Below, one piece after another: positions 41,618 through 50,856 of a stretch of 64,000 nt of DNA (positions are counted from its first letter, which is position 1; each line of letters starts with the position of its first letter). The notes beneath the pieces are model-generated. The model was not told the origin of the DNA, searched no databases, and saw only the letters and a program-made list of their open reading frames with translations. A program made the position numbers and the translations under genes. Source of the DNA: Myxococcota bacterium (GTDB lineage Bacteria > Myxococcota_A > UBA796 > GCA-2862545); the NCBI GenBank assembly GCA_039208735.1, contig JBCCQY010000038.1, forward strand, positions 1 through 64,000, read 5' to 3'.

Positions 41618-44283
41618 TCGACCTCTTGAAGACAGTGAAATGGCCAGGCTTAGGGGCCTTGCTAGGGATGACGCTGCTTTCGTCGGGTACCGCCGAGGCA
41701 CAGGTCGTGGACCCAGAGTTGCTCGGGTACCGCGTTGCACTCCTCGGAGCGGCGTCCGATCCCTCATTCAACGAGGACATTCGCGACAACGTCATGTTGG
41801 GAAGCCGCGGGGTTGCTGGGGTCTACCAGATCGTCCAGGTCACGCCCTTAGGTGTGGTGTTCATCCCGAACCCGCTGGACTCCCGGCCCGGCTATGAAAT
41901 CGCGGGCGTCGACATCTTCGATGTGACCGTCGATGTCCCGCAGGTCGACGACATTCAGTCCTACGATGCCCTGCTGGTCTACAACGACGTCGCGTTCGTG
42001 AGCCCCGATGCCGTGGGTGACCTGGCGGCTGCGATGGTGGAGTTGGGCAAGCCGGTCATCTTGACGGGTGCGGCCACGGACGAAACCCTCGGGGTTCGAG
42101 GCCGGTTCGATACCCAGTCGATGTCGCCCGTTACCTACGGCTCGATCGTCAGCCCCGGAGGGAACCTCGGGGTCGTGCCCATCTCGGAAGACGACACCTG
42201 GACGACCGATACGTCCGACAACGCCATTACGGGTCCAAACATCGGGAGCTTGGTCGACTATGGCACCCAGCAGCTCGGCAACGTCGAGTTCCGGTTGCTC
42301 GGCGGCAACTCCAGCACCCACGTGCAGGGGCTGTTGCTGCGAGACCAGGCCTTCCAGGTGCACCAGTGGACCAACGGCGAGCCCGCCAACGTGTTCCTCC
42401 CGCCCGTGATCGACGGTCAGGGGGCCACCGCGGTGGCGAACTGGAATCCAGTTTCGGACGCGGTCGACGGCACGGGTTGGATTCGGCAGACCTCGGGCGG
42501 GCGGCTCCTCGCCAACGTGATCCTCGAGGCGGTGGTGCTTTCGCGCAATCCCGCCCCCGGCGACATCTACCAGCGCCCCTCCGGCTTTTGCTTCGTGGTT
42601 GATCCCGTTGCGGGACCCATTCCGTTCCAGACCGAAGGGTTCCTCGGCCAGGTGGGGGCCGACTTCTTCACCACCTGCGACTACGCGAAGCCCCAGATTG
42701 GCGGCACCCCGTTTGGCACGTTGGTTCGTTGTGCAGACGATAACTTCTGTGTCGACGCCACGGGCGATGCCACGGCATTCTGCCCCATCGTGCAGAACCG
42801 CTCGATCGAGCAGGACCTCAACTGCAATGGACTCGACGTTTCGCTCCGCAAGCAGGACGGCGATTTCTTCGAAACGCGGTTCGACCCCTTTGGCGACGAT
42901 GTCGACGACATGTGCCAGAACAACATCGACCCGCTCACCGGCCAGCCCTTCGACAACGCCGATGTGTACTTCGATTACTTCACCTTCGAGTGCGACTACT
43001 TCACGGGTGACTTCGACGTCGACGGTGACGGCCTTTCGTCGGGCACCATTACCCTGCAGCTGACGCCGGACCCCCTCACCTGGGAAACCGTCCAGCTCTC
43101 TTGCGACAACTGCCCCGACTACTTCAACCCGAACCAGTTTGACTGGGACCAGGATGGCGTGGGCGACGTCTGCGACAACTGCCCCTACGTCTTCCAGGAC
43201 CCGATGGCTCCCGGCATGCGGGAAGACTCCGATGGTGACGGCTTCGGGAATGCCTGCGACAACTGCTTCCTGGTACCCAACCCCGATCTGAACGACTCCG
43301 ACAACGATGGGTACGGCGACGCATGCGACAACTGCCCCGACCAGTTCAACAACATCTGTGGCCTCGACCAGACGCGTCCGGACTTCCTCGAACAGGAAGA
43401 TGACGACGTCGATGGCGCGGGTGACGCCTGCGACAACTGCCTGATCCGCGATGTGGACGGCGATGGGCAGGACGAAACGCCCTACATGTACCTGAACAAT
43501 CCCGACAGCGACTTCTTCATGGAGCCGCCGACGTTCGACACGCCGAACCCCTCGCAGGACGACACCGACCGCGATGGCTGGGGCGATGCTTGCGATGTAT
43601 GTCCCAATGTCATCGACCGCGATCAGGAAGACGCAGACCTCGACGGTGTGGGTGATGCGTGCGACAACTGCCCCGGCCTTTCGACGACGGTGCGGGCCGA
43701 TAGCGACCAGGATGGTCGCGGTGATGCCTGCGACAACTGCGACGACGTGAAGAACCTCGACCAGTTCGATCTCGACTTCGACGGCATTGGCGATGCTTGC
43801 GACAACTGCATCAGTGTCTCGAACGAAGAGCAGTTCGACAGCGATGAAGATGGTGTCGGTGACTTCTGCGACAACTGCCAGTTCGATGCGAACCCGGCGC
43901 AGGGCGATGCCGATGGCGATGGCTTTGGCGACATGTGTGACAACTGCCCCACGGTCTTCGACACCGATCCGCAAGACCGCGATGGTGACGGGTTCGGTGA
44001 TGCCTGCGACTTCTGCATTGACGAGGCCTCCGACGAAAACCTCGACACCGATGGTGACGGTGCGGGCGATGTCTGCGACAACTGCCCCACGGTGCCGAAC
44101 TTCGATCAGACCGATTCGGACGGCGACGACATTGGCGATGCCTGTGACCTCGTGGCCTTCCGGGGCGGCGGCGAGCTGGCCCCTGAAGTGGCGAGCTGCT
44201 CGCACACCGGTTCGGGACTCGGATTTGCCGGGTTCTTGGCATCGCTTGCCGTGGTGGGCTTGCGTCGCCGGCGAAGCGCCTAG
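41614..44283 (+). CDS. Surface protein paralogue 3: head domain + Cys-rich insert + 13 TSP3-like repeats + MYXO-CTERM-like tail
   Basis: ATGA overlap; signal peptide ending AEA-Q; ends FRGGG...SCSH-hydrophobic-RRRRSA. Confidence 0.85.
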   Translation: MIDLLKTVKWPGLGALLGMTLLSSGTAEAQVVDPELLGYRVALLGAASDPSFNEDIRDNVMLGSRGVAGVYQIVQVTPLGVVFIPNPLDSRPGYEIAGVDIFDVTVDVPQVDDIQSYDALLVYNDVAFVSPDAVGDLAAAMVELGKPVILTGAATDETLGVRGRFDTQSMSPVTYGSIVSPGGNLGVVPISEDDTWTTDTSDNAITGPNIGSLVDYGTQQLGNVEFRLLGGNSSTHVQGLLLRDQAFQVHQWTNGEPANVFLPPVIDGQGATAVANWNPVSDAVDGTGWIRQTSGGRLLANVILEAVVLSRNPAPGDIYQRPSGFCFVVDPVAGPIPFQTEGFLGQVGADFFTTCDYAKPQIGGTPFGTLVRCADDNFCVDATGDATAFCPIVQNRSIEQDLNCNGLDVSLRKQDGDFFETRFDPFGDDVDDMCQNNIDPLTGQPFDNADVYFDYFTFECDYFTGDFDVDGDGLSSGTITLQLTPDPLTWETVQLSCDNCPDYFNPNQFDWDQDGVGDVCDNCPYVFQDPMAPGMREDSDGDGFGNACDNCFLVPNPDLNDSDNDGYGDACDNCPDQFNNICGLDQTRPDFLEQEDDDVDGAGDACDNCLIRDVDGDGQDETPYMYLNNPDSDFFMEPPTFDTPNPSQDDTDRDGWGDACDVCPNVIDRDQEDADLDGVGDACDNCPGLSTTVRADSDQDGRGDACDNCDDVKNLDQFDLDFDGIGDACDNCISVSNEEQFDSDEDGVGDFCDNCQFDANPAQGDADGDGFGDMCDNCPTVFDTDPQDRDGDGFGDACDFCIDEASDENLDTDGDGAGDVCDNCPTVPNFDQTDSDGDDIGDACDLVAFRGGGELAPEVASCSHTGSGLGFAGFLASLAVVGLRRRRSA
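43102..44148 (+). repeat. 13 TSP3-like repeats (paralogue 3)
   Basis: 13 CDxC-led units counted by hand plus a closing CD; insertions in units 2, 4 and 5. Confidence 0.85.
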
Positions 44284-44293
44284 CGATCGTCCC

Positions 44294-44387
44294 GGCGAAG
44301 CCGTGCTTCGCCAGGGATGCGACGGTTATCGTTCGTGACCAGCAGACCGCCGAGCCCGAGGGTATCTTCGCCCATGGGCTCGGCGGT
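44294..44387. other. Two GC-rich intergenic hairpins
   Basis: GGCGAAGC/GCTTCGCC (44294-44312) and ACCGCCGAGCCC/GGGCTCGGCGGT (44346-44387); no clear U-tract. Confidence 0.55.
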
Positions 44388-44419
44388 TCACCGAGACTGG
44401 GAACTCCACGGAGGTTGCC

Positions 44420-46552
44420 GTGACAAGCGTGTTCGTGATGGGAGCGCTGTCGGTCGCGTGGAGCCAGCCTTATGAGGTCGCCCTCGTTGGTGCGGCCAAC
44501 GCGGACCAGCTGGAAGATGTTCGGGACCGCATCATGTGTGCGGACCGGGGGCTTGGCTACAACGACATCGTGACCCGAACCCCACGGGTGAACCATGGCA
44601 TTGAACGTATCGATCTCTTCGATGCGGCCGTCTCGACACCCACGATTGACGAGCTGGCCGACTACGACGCCATGTTGGTGTTCAGTGACTTGGCGTTTGC
44701 CGACGCGGTGTTGCTAGGCGACGTTGTGTCGCTTTTCGTGGAGTCGGGCCGTGGCGTAGTGGTCGGGGGCCGCGCGTTTGCCGATGGCTTCGCGCTACAG
44801 GGCCGCTTTCTCACCCAGGGCATGAGCCCCTTCGACACCACGGGGGTCTTGGCGCAACCTGGGGGCGACTTGCCCATTGACCCGGTGGCTGCGATCTGGG
44901 ACCGCGGACCCGAACGGGGCCACCCGATCCTCTGGGGATTCAGCGTCTTTCGAGGCGGCACCGCCAGTTTGCACACGCAAGGCGTGCTGCCTAAGGCCCA
45001 AGCCGTCGAAATCGCCCGGTGGGGCAACGGCGAGACGGCCGTGGTCGCCCTCAGTGCCCCCATTGCGGGCCAAGGGCGCATCGTGGGCTTGAATTTCAAC
45101 TTGCCCTCGGGTGAGGTCGATGCCACCTCCTGGAGCATCCAGGGGAGTGGTGGGGATCTGATGGCCCAGTCGGTGCGATGGGTCATCGGCGATGAACCAA
45201 CCGGCCTTTGCGAAAACGAAAGCCTCGGTCAGGATCTGAACTGCAACGGCATCGACTTGACCAACGAAGCGTTCATCGACATTTCGAGCGATGAGTGTCA
45301 ATCGAACGTCGATCCAGTCAGCAACGAACCCTACGATCGCAACGACTACTACTACAACTACTTGAACTTCGACTGTGAGTTTCCTGTCGTCGACTTCGAC
45401 GATGACCGCGATGGGTTTTCGTTTGGCACCATCGATTTGTTCCTGCCGGGATCGTCCATTCCCTGGGACACCGTCATCTTCGAGTGCGACAACTGCCCCG
45501 GTGCGTTCAATCCTTCCCAGATCGATCTGGGGTGTGATGAGATTGGCGACCTGTGCGATCGATGCCCTGGCGACAATGAGCCCGCCGCCGCCCAGCCCTT
45601 TTCCCAGAACGATGGGGACGGTGATTGCTTTGGCGACACCTGCGACAACTGCCCCGAGATAGCCAACAGCGATCAGCTTGATGCCGACTTCGATCTGGTT
45701 GGCGACGCCTGTGACAACTGCCCTGACGTGCCCAACCCCCCCGTGCTCGATGAACGGCTTGAACTCGTCCAGCTCGACGAAGATGGCGACATGGCGGGCG
45801 ATGCGTGCGACAACTGCCCGGGGCTCTTCAACTCCCAAGCCGACAACGATGAGGATGGCCTGGGGAACGCCTGCGACAATTGCCCCGATGTGGCGAACAT
45901 CGACCAGGCCGACGAGGACCAAGACGGCGTCGGTGATGCCTGTGACAATTGCCCAGGAATCGCCTCTTCGAATCCCTTCGACCTCGATGAGGACGGGTTT
46001 GGCGACGATTGCGACAACTGCCCGCTGGTCCGCAATGTCGACCAATTCGACGTCGACATTGATGGCGTGGGTGATGCCTGCGACAACTGCCCCACGTTTA
46101 GCAACACCGAACAGGTCGACACCGATGGCGACGGTGTGGGCGACGCTTGCGACACGTGTCCCATGGACTTCGATCCGGATCAGGACGACATCGATGGTGA
46201 CCGAGTGGGCGACCTCTGCGACAATTGCCCCTTCCAGCCGAACCAAGACCAGCGAAACTTCGACGAAGACACCTACGGCGACCGCTGCGATGCGTGCTTT
46301 GACGTAGCCAGTGAGAACAACGCCGATTTCGACAATGATGGGCTAGGCGACATCTGTGACAACTGTCGGTTTGTGGTCAACGTCGATCAGGCGGATGATG
46401 ACGAAGATGGCTTCGGCAATGCCTGTGATACCCAGGCGTTTCGCGGAGGCGGCCAGATCCGCTCCCCCTTCCGCGGGTGCGCCACCGCACCGCTCGGAGG
46501 AGCGCTGACCCTTGCTATGGGCGTGCTGTTGATTGGCTACCGGCGTCGCTAA
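44420..46552 (+). CDS. Surface protein paralogue 4: head domain + 13 TSP3-like repeats + MYXO-CTERM-like tail
   Basis: GGAGG RBS before GTG; short signal ending AWS-Q; ends FRGGG...GCAT-hydrophobic-RRR. Confidence 0.85.
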   Translation: MTSVFVMGALSVAWSQPYEVALVGAANADQLEDVRDRIMCADRGLGYNDIVTRTPRVNHGIERIDLFDAAVSTPTIDELADYDAMLVFSDLAFADAVLLGDVVSLFVESGRGVVVGGRAFADGFALQGRFLTQGMSPFDTTGVLAQPGGDLPIDPVAAIWDRGPERGHPILWGFSVFRGGTASLHTQGVLPKAQAVEIARWGNGETAVVALSAPIAGQGRIVGLNFNLPSGEVDATSWSIQGSGGDLMAQSVRWVIGDEPTGLCENESLGQDLNCNGIDLTNEAFIDISSDECQSNVDPVSNEPYDRNDYYYNYLNFDCEFPVVDFDDDRDGFSFGTIDLFLPGSSIPWDTVIFECDNCPGAFNPSQIDLGCDEIGDLCDRCPGDNEPAAAQPFSQNDGDGDCFGDTCDNCPEIANSDQLDADFDLVGDACDNCPDVPNPPVLDERLELVQLDEDGDMAGDACDNCPGLFNSQADNDEDGLGNACDNCPDVANIDQADEDQDGVGDACDNCPGIASSNPFDLDEDGFGDDCDNCPLVRNVDQFDVDIDGVGDACDNCPTFSNTEQVDTDGDGVGDACDTCPMDFDPDQDDIDGDRVGDLCDNCPFQPNQDQRNFDEDTYGDRCDACFDVASENNADFDNDGLGDICDNCRFVVNVDQADDDEDGFGNACDTQAFRGGGQIRSPFRGCATAPLGGALTLAMGVLLIGYRRR
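45485..46429 (+). repeat. 13 TSP3-like repeats (paralogue 4)
   Basis: 13 CDxC-led units counted by hand plus a closing CD. Confidence 0.85.
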
Positions 46553-46970
46553 GCCACACCATCCGTACGTGCGGCCCAACGAGGGGTACCTCAAAGCGTT
46601 CACTTTGAACCGTCCATCCGTGCCGTTCGTAAAACGCCACCGCGTGCAGGCGGGCATTGCACCAGAGTGCTTTATGAACGTCCTGAATTCCGCGTAGCAA
46701 GGTGCTGCCGAGTCCCTGACCCTGGTGGTCAGGGTCAACCGCCATGCCTCGAAGTTGGGCGGTAGGGGTGGATCGATCGGGAAAGGGAGCCGCCATTACA
46801 CTAGCGATGGCGAGAACCCGGTCGCTGAGCGTCAGCGCATAGTGTTTCGTGGACGCGGCGTCGTCGCCCTCCCAGATCGCCGTTTCCCGCGGTCGCCCTT
46901 CGCGCAGCACGCGATGACGCAGGTCGATGACCGCCGAGGCTGGGACTTCGGTGACGAGAGGTCCACTCAC
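46515..46970 (-). CDS. GNAT family N-acetyltransferase
   Basis: [41 protein letters not shown]; 38-nt convergent overlap with paralogue 4. Confidence 0.8.
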   Translation of the reverse strand: MSGPLVTEVPASAVIDLRHRVLREGRPRETAIWEGDDAASTKHYALTLSDRVLAIASVMAAPFPDRSTPTAQLRGMAVDPDHQGQGLGSTLLRGIQDVHKALWCNARLHAVAFYERHGWTVQSERFEVPLVGPHVRMVWLSDAGSQSTARP

Positions 46971-47554
46971 TGCAGCGACCGCACGTTGAGCATGCGATCG
47001 TCACGAAAGTCCCGCTCGCGAACGGGTCGACCTTCCGGATCGAACTCCACCCACTTTCCTTCGCGTTCGCCTAGCTCGTAGCGCCCTTCGGTACGGGTTT
47101 GAGCGCTGGGGTCCCAAAAGATCCAATCACCGTCTCGCGAACCGGCCACAAAGGAACCTTCAGCCGTGCGTCGTCCGCTTGAATCGTAGGTGGTCCAAAT
47201 GCCTTGCTTTTCATCCGCACTGTAGGCCCCCTGCTCTGAAAGCTGAGCGTTGGGGTGCCAAAAGAGCCAGGGTCCTGTGCGCAGGCCCGCTTCCCAGGAC
47301 CCTTGAGACGCCTTTTCGCCGTTGGTGTGCCAGGTGAGGCTGGGGCCGACGCGGAGCACGGGGCCTACTTGCACGGGCTTCTCGCACCACGCCTCGTGAC
47401 CTTGGGGGGGCGCCAGACCGGCCGCGACCGTGCCGGCGGGGCATTGGAGGTCCGGATGGACAGGGGCTTGGCGCACTTCGGTGGGAGGAACCGGTTTGGC
47501 ACAGCCGATCGCGAGCCCACCCAAAAGCCAGACCACGCCTCGACTCGTTGCCAT
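46967..47554 (-). CDS. MORN-variant repeat (YwqK-like) lipoprotein
   Basis: AIGC lipobox-like; repeated G.W..W..NG.....G.Y..G...G.W units. Confidence 0.75.
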   Translation of the reverse strand: MATSRGVVWLLGGLAIGCAKPVPPTEVRQAPVHPDLQCPAGTVAAGLAPPQGHEAWCEKPVQVGPVLRVGPSLTWHTNGEKASQGSWEAGLRTGPWLFWHPNAQLSEQGAYSADEKQGIWTTYDSSGRRTAEGSFVAGSRDGDWIFWDPSAQTRTEGRYELGEREGKWVEFDPEGRPVRERDFRDDRMLNVRSLQ

Positions 47555-47637
47555 CTCGACCTCCCGATGAGCGCCTCCATAGCAGGGTGCAAGGCCAGTT
47601 GAAGCCAGCTACCATTGCGGACCAGTCTGGAGGGTCG

Positions 47638-49011
47638 ATGGTGGGGTGGTTGTGGGCATGCTTGGGGGCCACGGCGTGGGCCGGCGACGCCGATCCCCCA
47701 AAAGGCTTTGAACGCGTAGAGCCTGAAGTAACCGTCGAATCCTCCGCATTCGTACTTGAAGGCGCCATGGTGTGGACCGGCGACGGGGCCCGGTATGCGA
47801 CGGGCTACGTCGCCGTCGATCAAGGTCGAATCACCGCCGTGGGCGGAGGCACGGCTCCCGACAGTTTGCCAGGGACTCGACTCGATGTCTCGGGCGAACA
47901 CGTGACGCCCGGTGTCATCGACACCCACTCTCACCTTGGCGTGTACGCTTCCCCAGGTGCTCGTGCACACCGCGATGGCAACGAGGCGACGGCGCCCACG
48001 ACGGCCGGCGTGTGGGCCGAACATTCGACCTGGCCGCAAGACCCAGGATTCTATCGGGCCATCGCAGGTGGCGTGACCACGCTGCAGATCCTTCCCGGCT
48101 CGGCCAATCTCATCGGAGGACGGGGAGTCGTCATGCGCCCCATTCCCGGTCGAGGCAGTCGCGCCATGCGGTTTCCCGGGGCCCCCGAGACGGTCAAGAT
48201 CGCGTGTGGTGAGAACCCCAAGCGGGTCTATGGAGACCGGGGAGGCCCGAGCACGCGCATGGGCAACCTGCGGGGCATTCGTCAGAAGTTCGCCGATGTG
48301 GCGGAAGACATGCCCAAGGACGACGGCAAGAAAAAGAAAAAGAAGAAGAACGAGGAGGACGATGGCTTTACGCCGTCGAGTGACCTTGCCGTAGCCACCA
48401 TCCAGGGCGTACTGCGAGGCGAGATCATGCCGCACGTCCACTGTTACCGAGCCGACGACATGCTCGCGATGCTGCAGGTCGCAAAGGAGTTCGGCTTTCA
48501 GATCCGGTCGTTTCACCACGCGACCGAGGCCTACAAGATCCGCGACATCTTGGCCAAAGAGAACGTGGGCGCTTCCGTGTGGGCGGATTGGTGGGGATTC
48601 AAGCTTGAAGCTTATGATGCCGTGCCCGCTGGGGCGGCAATGTTCGCGGCCGCCGGGGGCAAAACGATCGTTCACTCCGACTCGGCGAAAGGGATTCAGC
48701 GGCTCAATCAGGAGTCCGCGAAAGCCTTACGGGCGGGGCGGGAACTGGGCCTTGCGGTGACCGAAGACGACGCCATCACCTGGATCACCCTGAATCCGGC
48801 ATGGGCACTGGGTCTCGAAGAGGAGACCGGGTCGCTCACCAAGGGCAAGCGGGCGGACATCGTGGTGTGGGATGCGGAGCCGCTGTCGGTCTACGCGAAG
48901 GCCCGGTTGGTGTTTGTGGATGGGGTGTTGCGCTACGACGCAGACCGCCCGCAGGTGTGGTCGGACTTCGAGGTTGGACAGGCACTCGACGAAGAGGGAG
49001 GTGACCGATGA
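47638..49011 (+). CDS. Secreted amidohydrolase family protein (metal ligands intact)
   Basis: TPGVIDTHSH, KIACGENPK, HVH, FHH, HSD, GSL..GK.ADIVVW; GGAGG RBS before ATG 47638. Confidence 0.85.
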   Translation: MVGWLWACLGATAWAGDADPPKGFERVEPEVTVESSAFVLEGAMVWTGDGARYATGYVAVDQGRITAVGGGTAPDSLPGTRLDVSGEHVTPGVIDTHSHLGVYASPGARAHRDGNEATAPTTAGVWAEHSTWPQDPGFYRAIAGGVTTLQILPGSANLIGGRGVVMRPIPGRGSRAMRFPGAPETVKIACGENPKRVYGDRGGPSTRMGNLRGIRQKFADVAEDMPKDDGKKKKKKKNEEDDGFTPSSDLAVATIQGVLRGEIMPHVHCYRADDMLAMLQVAKEFGFQIRSFHHATEAYKIRDILAKENVGASVWADWWGFKLEAYDAVPAGAAMFAAAGGKTIVHSDSAKGIQRLNQESAKALRAGRELGLAVTEDDAITWITLNPAWALGLEEETGSLTKGKRADIVVWDAEPLSVYAKARLVFVDGVLRYDADRPQVWSDFEVGQALDEEGGDR

Positions 49012-50288
49012 TCGGTTGGCTGTTGGCGGCTGCCGCGCACGCGGCGTGTACGGTGATCTCGGGGGCTTCCGTCCATGCACCAACGGGTCTCGAACGTGGA
49101 CTGACCGTCGTCATCGTCGACGACAAAATCGCCGCGTTGGGTCGCGGCATGCGCGACGTGAAGCTCAGCATGGACGCCGAGCAGCGGGTCTCGGGAGCGC
49201 GCTACCGCGATGAACGGTGCCGGTTCGTCCAGGGAGCCGGCAAGCACCTGACCGCGGGCTTCGTGGCTGTGCCGGCGAAGCTTGGCGTCGTCGAGATTTC
49301 GCTCGAGTCGTCGACGCGGGACGATGACGCAAAGACCGATGACGATGTCCGGGCGGCATTGCAGGTGGTCGACGCCTACGATCCGCGCTCTTCGCTCATT
49401 CGCGTAAGTCGGGCCGAAGGCATCACCTCGGCGGTCGTGGTGCCTGAAGGGGCGTTCATTCCTGGGTTTGCGGGCTTCGTGAAGCTTGCCGGAGATACCC
49501 AAGCCGACGCGGTGGTTTCACGTCGGGCCGCGTTGCCGGTTGAGCGTTGGTCGGGTTCGATGGCCGAAGACCTCTTGCGGATCCGCGAACTCGTCGAAGA
49601 TACCCGAGCCTTTGGGCGGAATCGCAGCAGCTTCGATTCGAACCGGCCCTATGTGGAGGGAGCCAGCCGGCTCGATCTTGCAGCCCTGCAGCCGGTTGTC
49701 GCCAAGCAGATTCCGATGGTCATCTACGCGGATCGGGCGAGCGACATCGAAGCGGTGTTGCGCCTCAAGCATGAGCTCAACCTCAACGTGGTGATCATGG
49801 GGGCCGCAGAGGGGTGGCGACACGCACGAGCGCTGGCCTCGGCAAAGGTGCCGGTGATCGTCGATCCGATGGTCTACGGTCCGGGGTCATTCGACCAGCG
49901 TGAGGGTCGAGCTGACAATCCGGCGCTCCTCGCCAAGGCTGGCGTTGGCGTCATCGTGACCGCGGGCTTCGACGAACCGCACAACGCGCGGGTGCTTCGC
50001 CAGGCGGCGGGCAATGCGGTGCGGGGCGGCATGACGCAGGCCCAGGCGATTCGTGCGATCACCGAAACCCCCGCCCGCGTCTTTGGCGAATCCGACCGCG
50101 GTCGGGTGGCGGCGGGGACCCAGGCCGACTTGGCCTTGTGGTCGGGTGACCCGCTCGAGCTGTCGACTTCCCTCGTCGAGCTTTGGATCGACGGCGCTTC
50201 GGTGGACCTGCGGACCCGTCAAACCGAACTCGCAAAGAAGTACCTCGACCTTCCTGCGACTCCGCCACCTGCGCTCTCGCTCCCTTAG
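49008..50288 (+). CDS. Amidohydrolase-fold partner protein, probably non-catalytic
   Basis: Same fold motifs (AEGITSA, AITETPA, G...AG..ADLALWSGDPL) but HxH replaced by VPA; ATGA overlap. Confidence 0.75.
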   Translation: MIGWLLAAAAHAACTVISGASVHAPTGLERGLTVVIVDDKIAALGRGMRDVKLSMDAEQRVSGARYRDERCRFVQGAGKHLTAGFVAVPAKLGVVEISLESSTRDDDAKTDDDVRAALQVVDAYDPRSSLIRVSRAEGITSAVVVPEGAFIPGFAGFVKLAGDTQADAVVSRRAALPVERWSGSMAEDLLRIRELVEDTRAFGRNRSSFDSNRPYVEGASRLDLAALQPVVAKQIPMVIYADRASDIEAVLRLKHELNLNVVIMGAAEGWRHARALASAKVPVIVDPMVYGPGSFDQREGRADNPALLAKAGVGVIVTAGFDEPHNARVLRQAAGNAVRGGMTQAQAIRAITETPARVFGESDRGRVAAGTQADLALWSGDPLELSTSLVELWIDGASVDLRTRQTELAKKYLDLPATPPPALSLP

Positions 50289-50752
50289 ATCCGGAACCAC
50301 GGACGCGGGGCCAGACTGAATGGCCACGGGACGGCGAAGACCACCAACAGCAGGAACACCGCGACCGAAATCGTCGCGGCCCGGTGCCGGCGTGCATCGT
50401 CGAGCCTTCGGACCCGCATCCGACCGAGGTGAGCGGTGACCAACGCCAGGGCCATCATCGTGATGTGCTCAAGCCCGAAAAACCGGAGTTCGCGGATGCC
50501 CATCGTTTCTGCGGGGTTCGCGAGGAATGCCTGCGACAGCGGACTGAGCCCGAAATAGAGCGCCAACCCTAGCGTCACCTGAATGTCCACCAGTCCGACG
50601 AACGTGAGATGAAGCCGGTCGTGGGCCGTGGTCCATGGGCTCTGGCGTTGCCAGCCGAAAACAGAGGCGGCACCGAGCCCCAACGCGGCAAGCAGCACCG
50701 CCCAGCGCGTCCACGAGTGGGCGAACAGGGTGATCGTGTAGATGTCGGGCAT
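50285..50752 (-). CDS. Four-TM membrane protein (HSWxRW / EH family, sometimes annotated cytochrome b-like)
   Basis: AGGAG RBS; HSWTRW, D.Q..LG, RFF..EH..MM, C-terminal PW..RP. Confidence 0.65.
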   Translation of the reverse strand: MPDIYTITLFAHSWTRWAVLLAALGLGAASVFGWQRQSPWTTAHDRLHLTFVGLVDIQVTLGLALYFGLSPLSQAFLANPAETMGIRELRFFGLEHITMMALALVTAHLGRMRVRRLDDARRHRAATISVAVFLLLVVFAVPWPFSLAPRPWFRI

Positions 50753-50856
50753 CGCTCCTCCTGTGCGGAAGGCTAGAGCGATACCCATCGCCAAGACAGT
50801 GGCTGAACAGACAACGTTCGATGGAATTCTGCCACCTCCCCGTTGACGCCGATCGC

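Noticed and set aside
41848..44205. 785-aa minus-strand ORF (and similar long antisense ORFs at 35587-37203, 38337-39557, 40520-41767, 44795-46246, 7664-9148)
   Set aside because: Shadow frames of well-supported plus-strand genes; Val/Ala-rich mirror translations expected from high-GC codon bias
38439..46429. Recurrent TGCGACAACTGC DNA motif at roughly 69-bp spacing, superficially CRISPR-like
   Set aside because: It encodes CDNC in frame, varies at synonymous positions, is too short for a CRISPR repeat, and no cas genes are present
38439..46429. CxxC repeats as multiheme cytochrome or ferredoxin motifs
   Set aside because: No CxxCH and no CxxCxxC patterns; the acidic DxDxDG context fits TSP3-like Ca-binding repeats
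46515..47554. GNAT + YwqK-like pair as a toxin-antitoxin module
   Set aside because: The MORN-repeat protein has a lipoprotein signal and the GNAT resembles ordinary acetyltransferases; no TA hallmark seen
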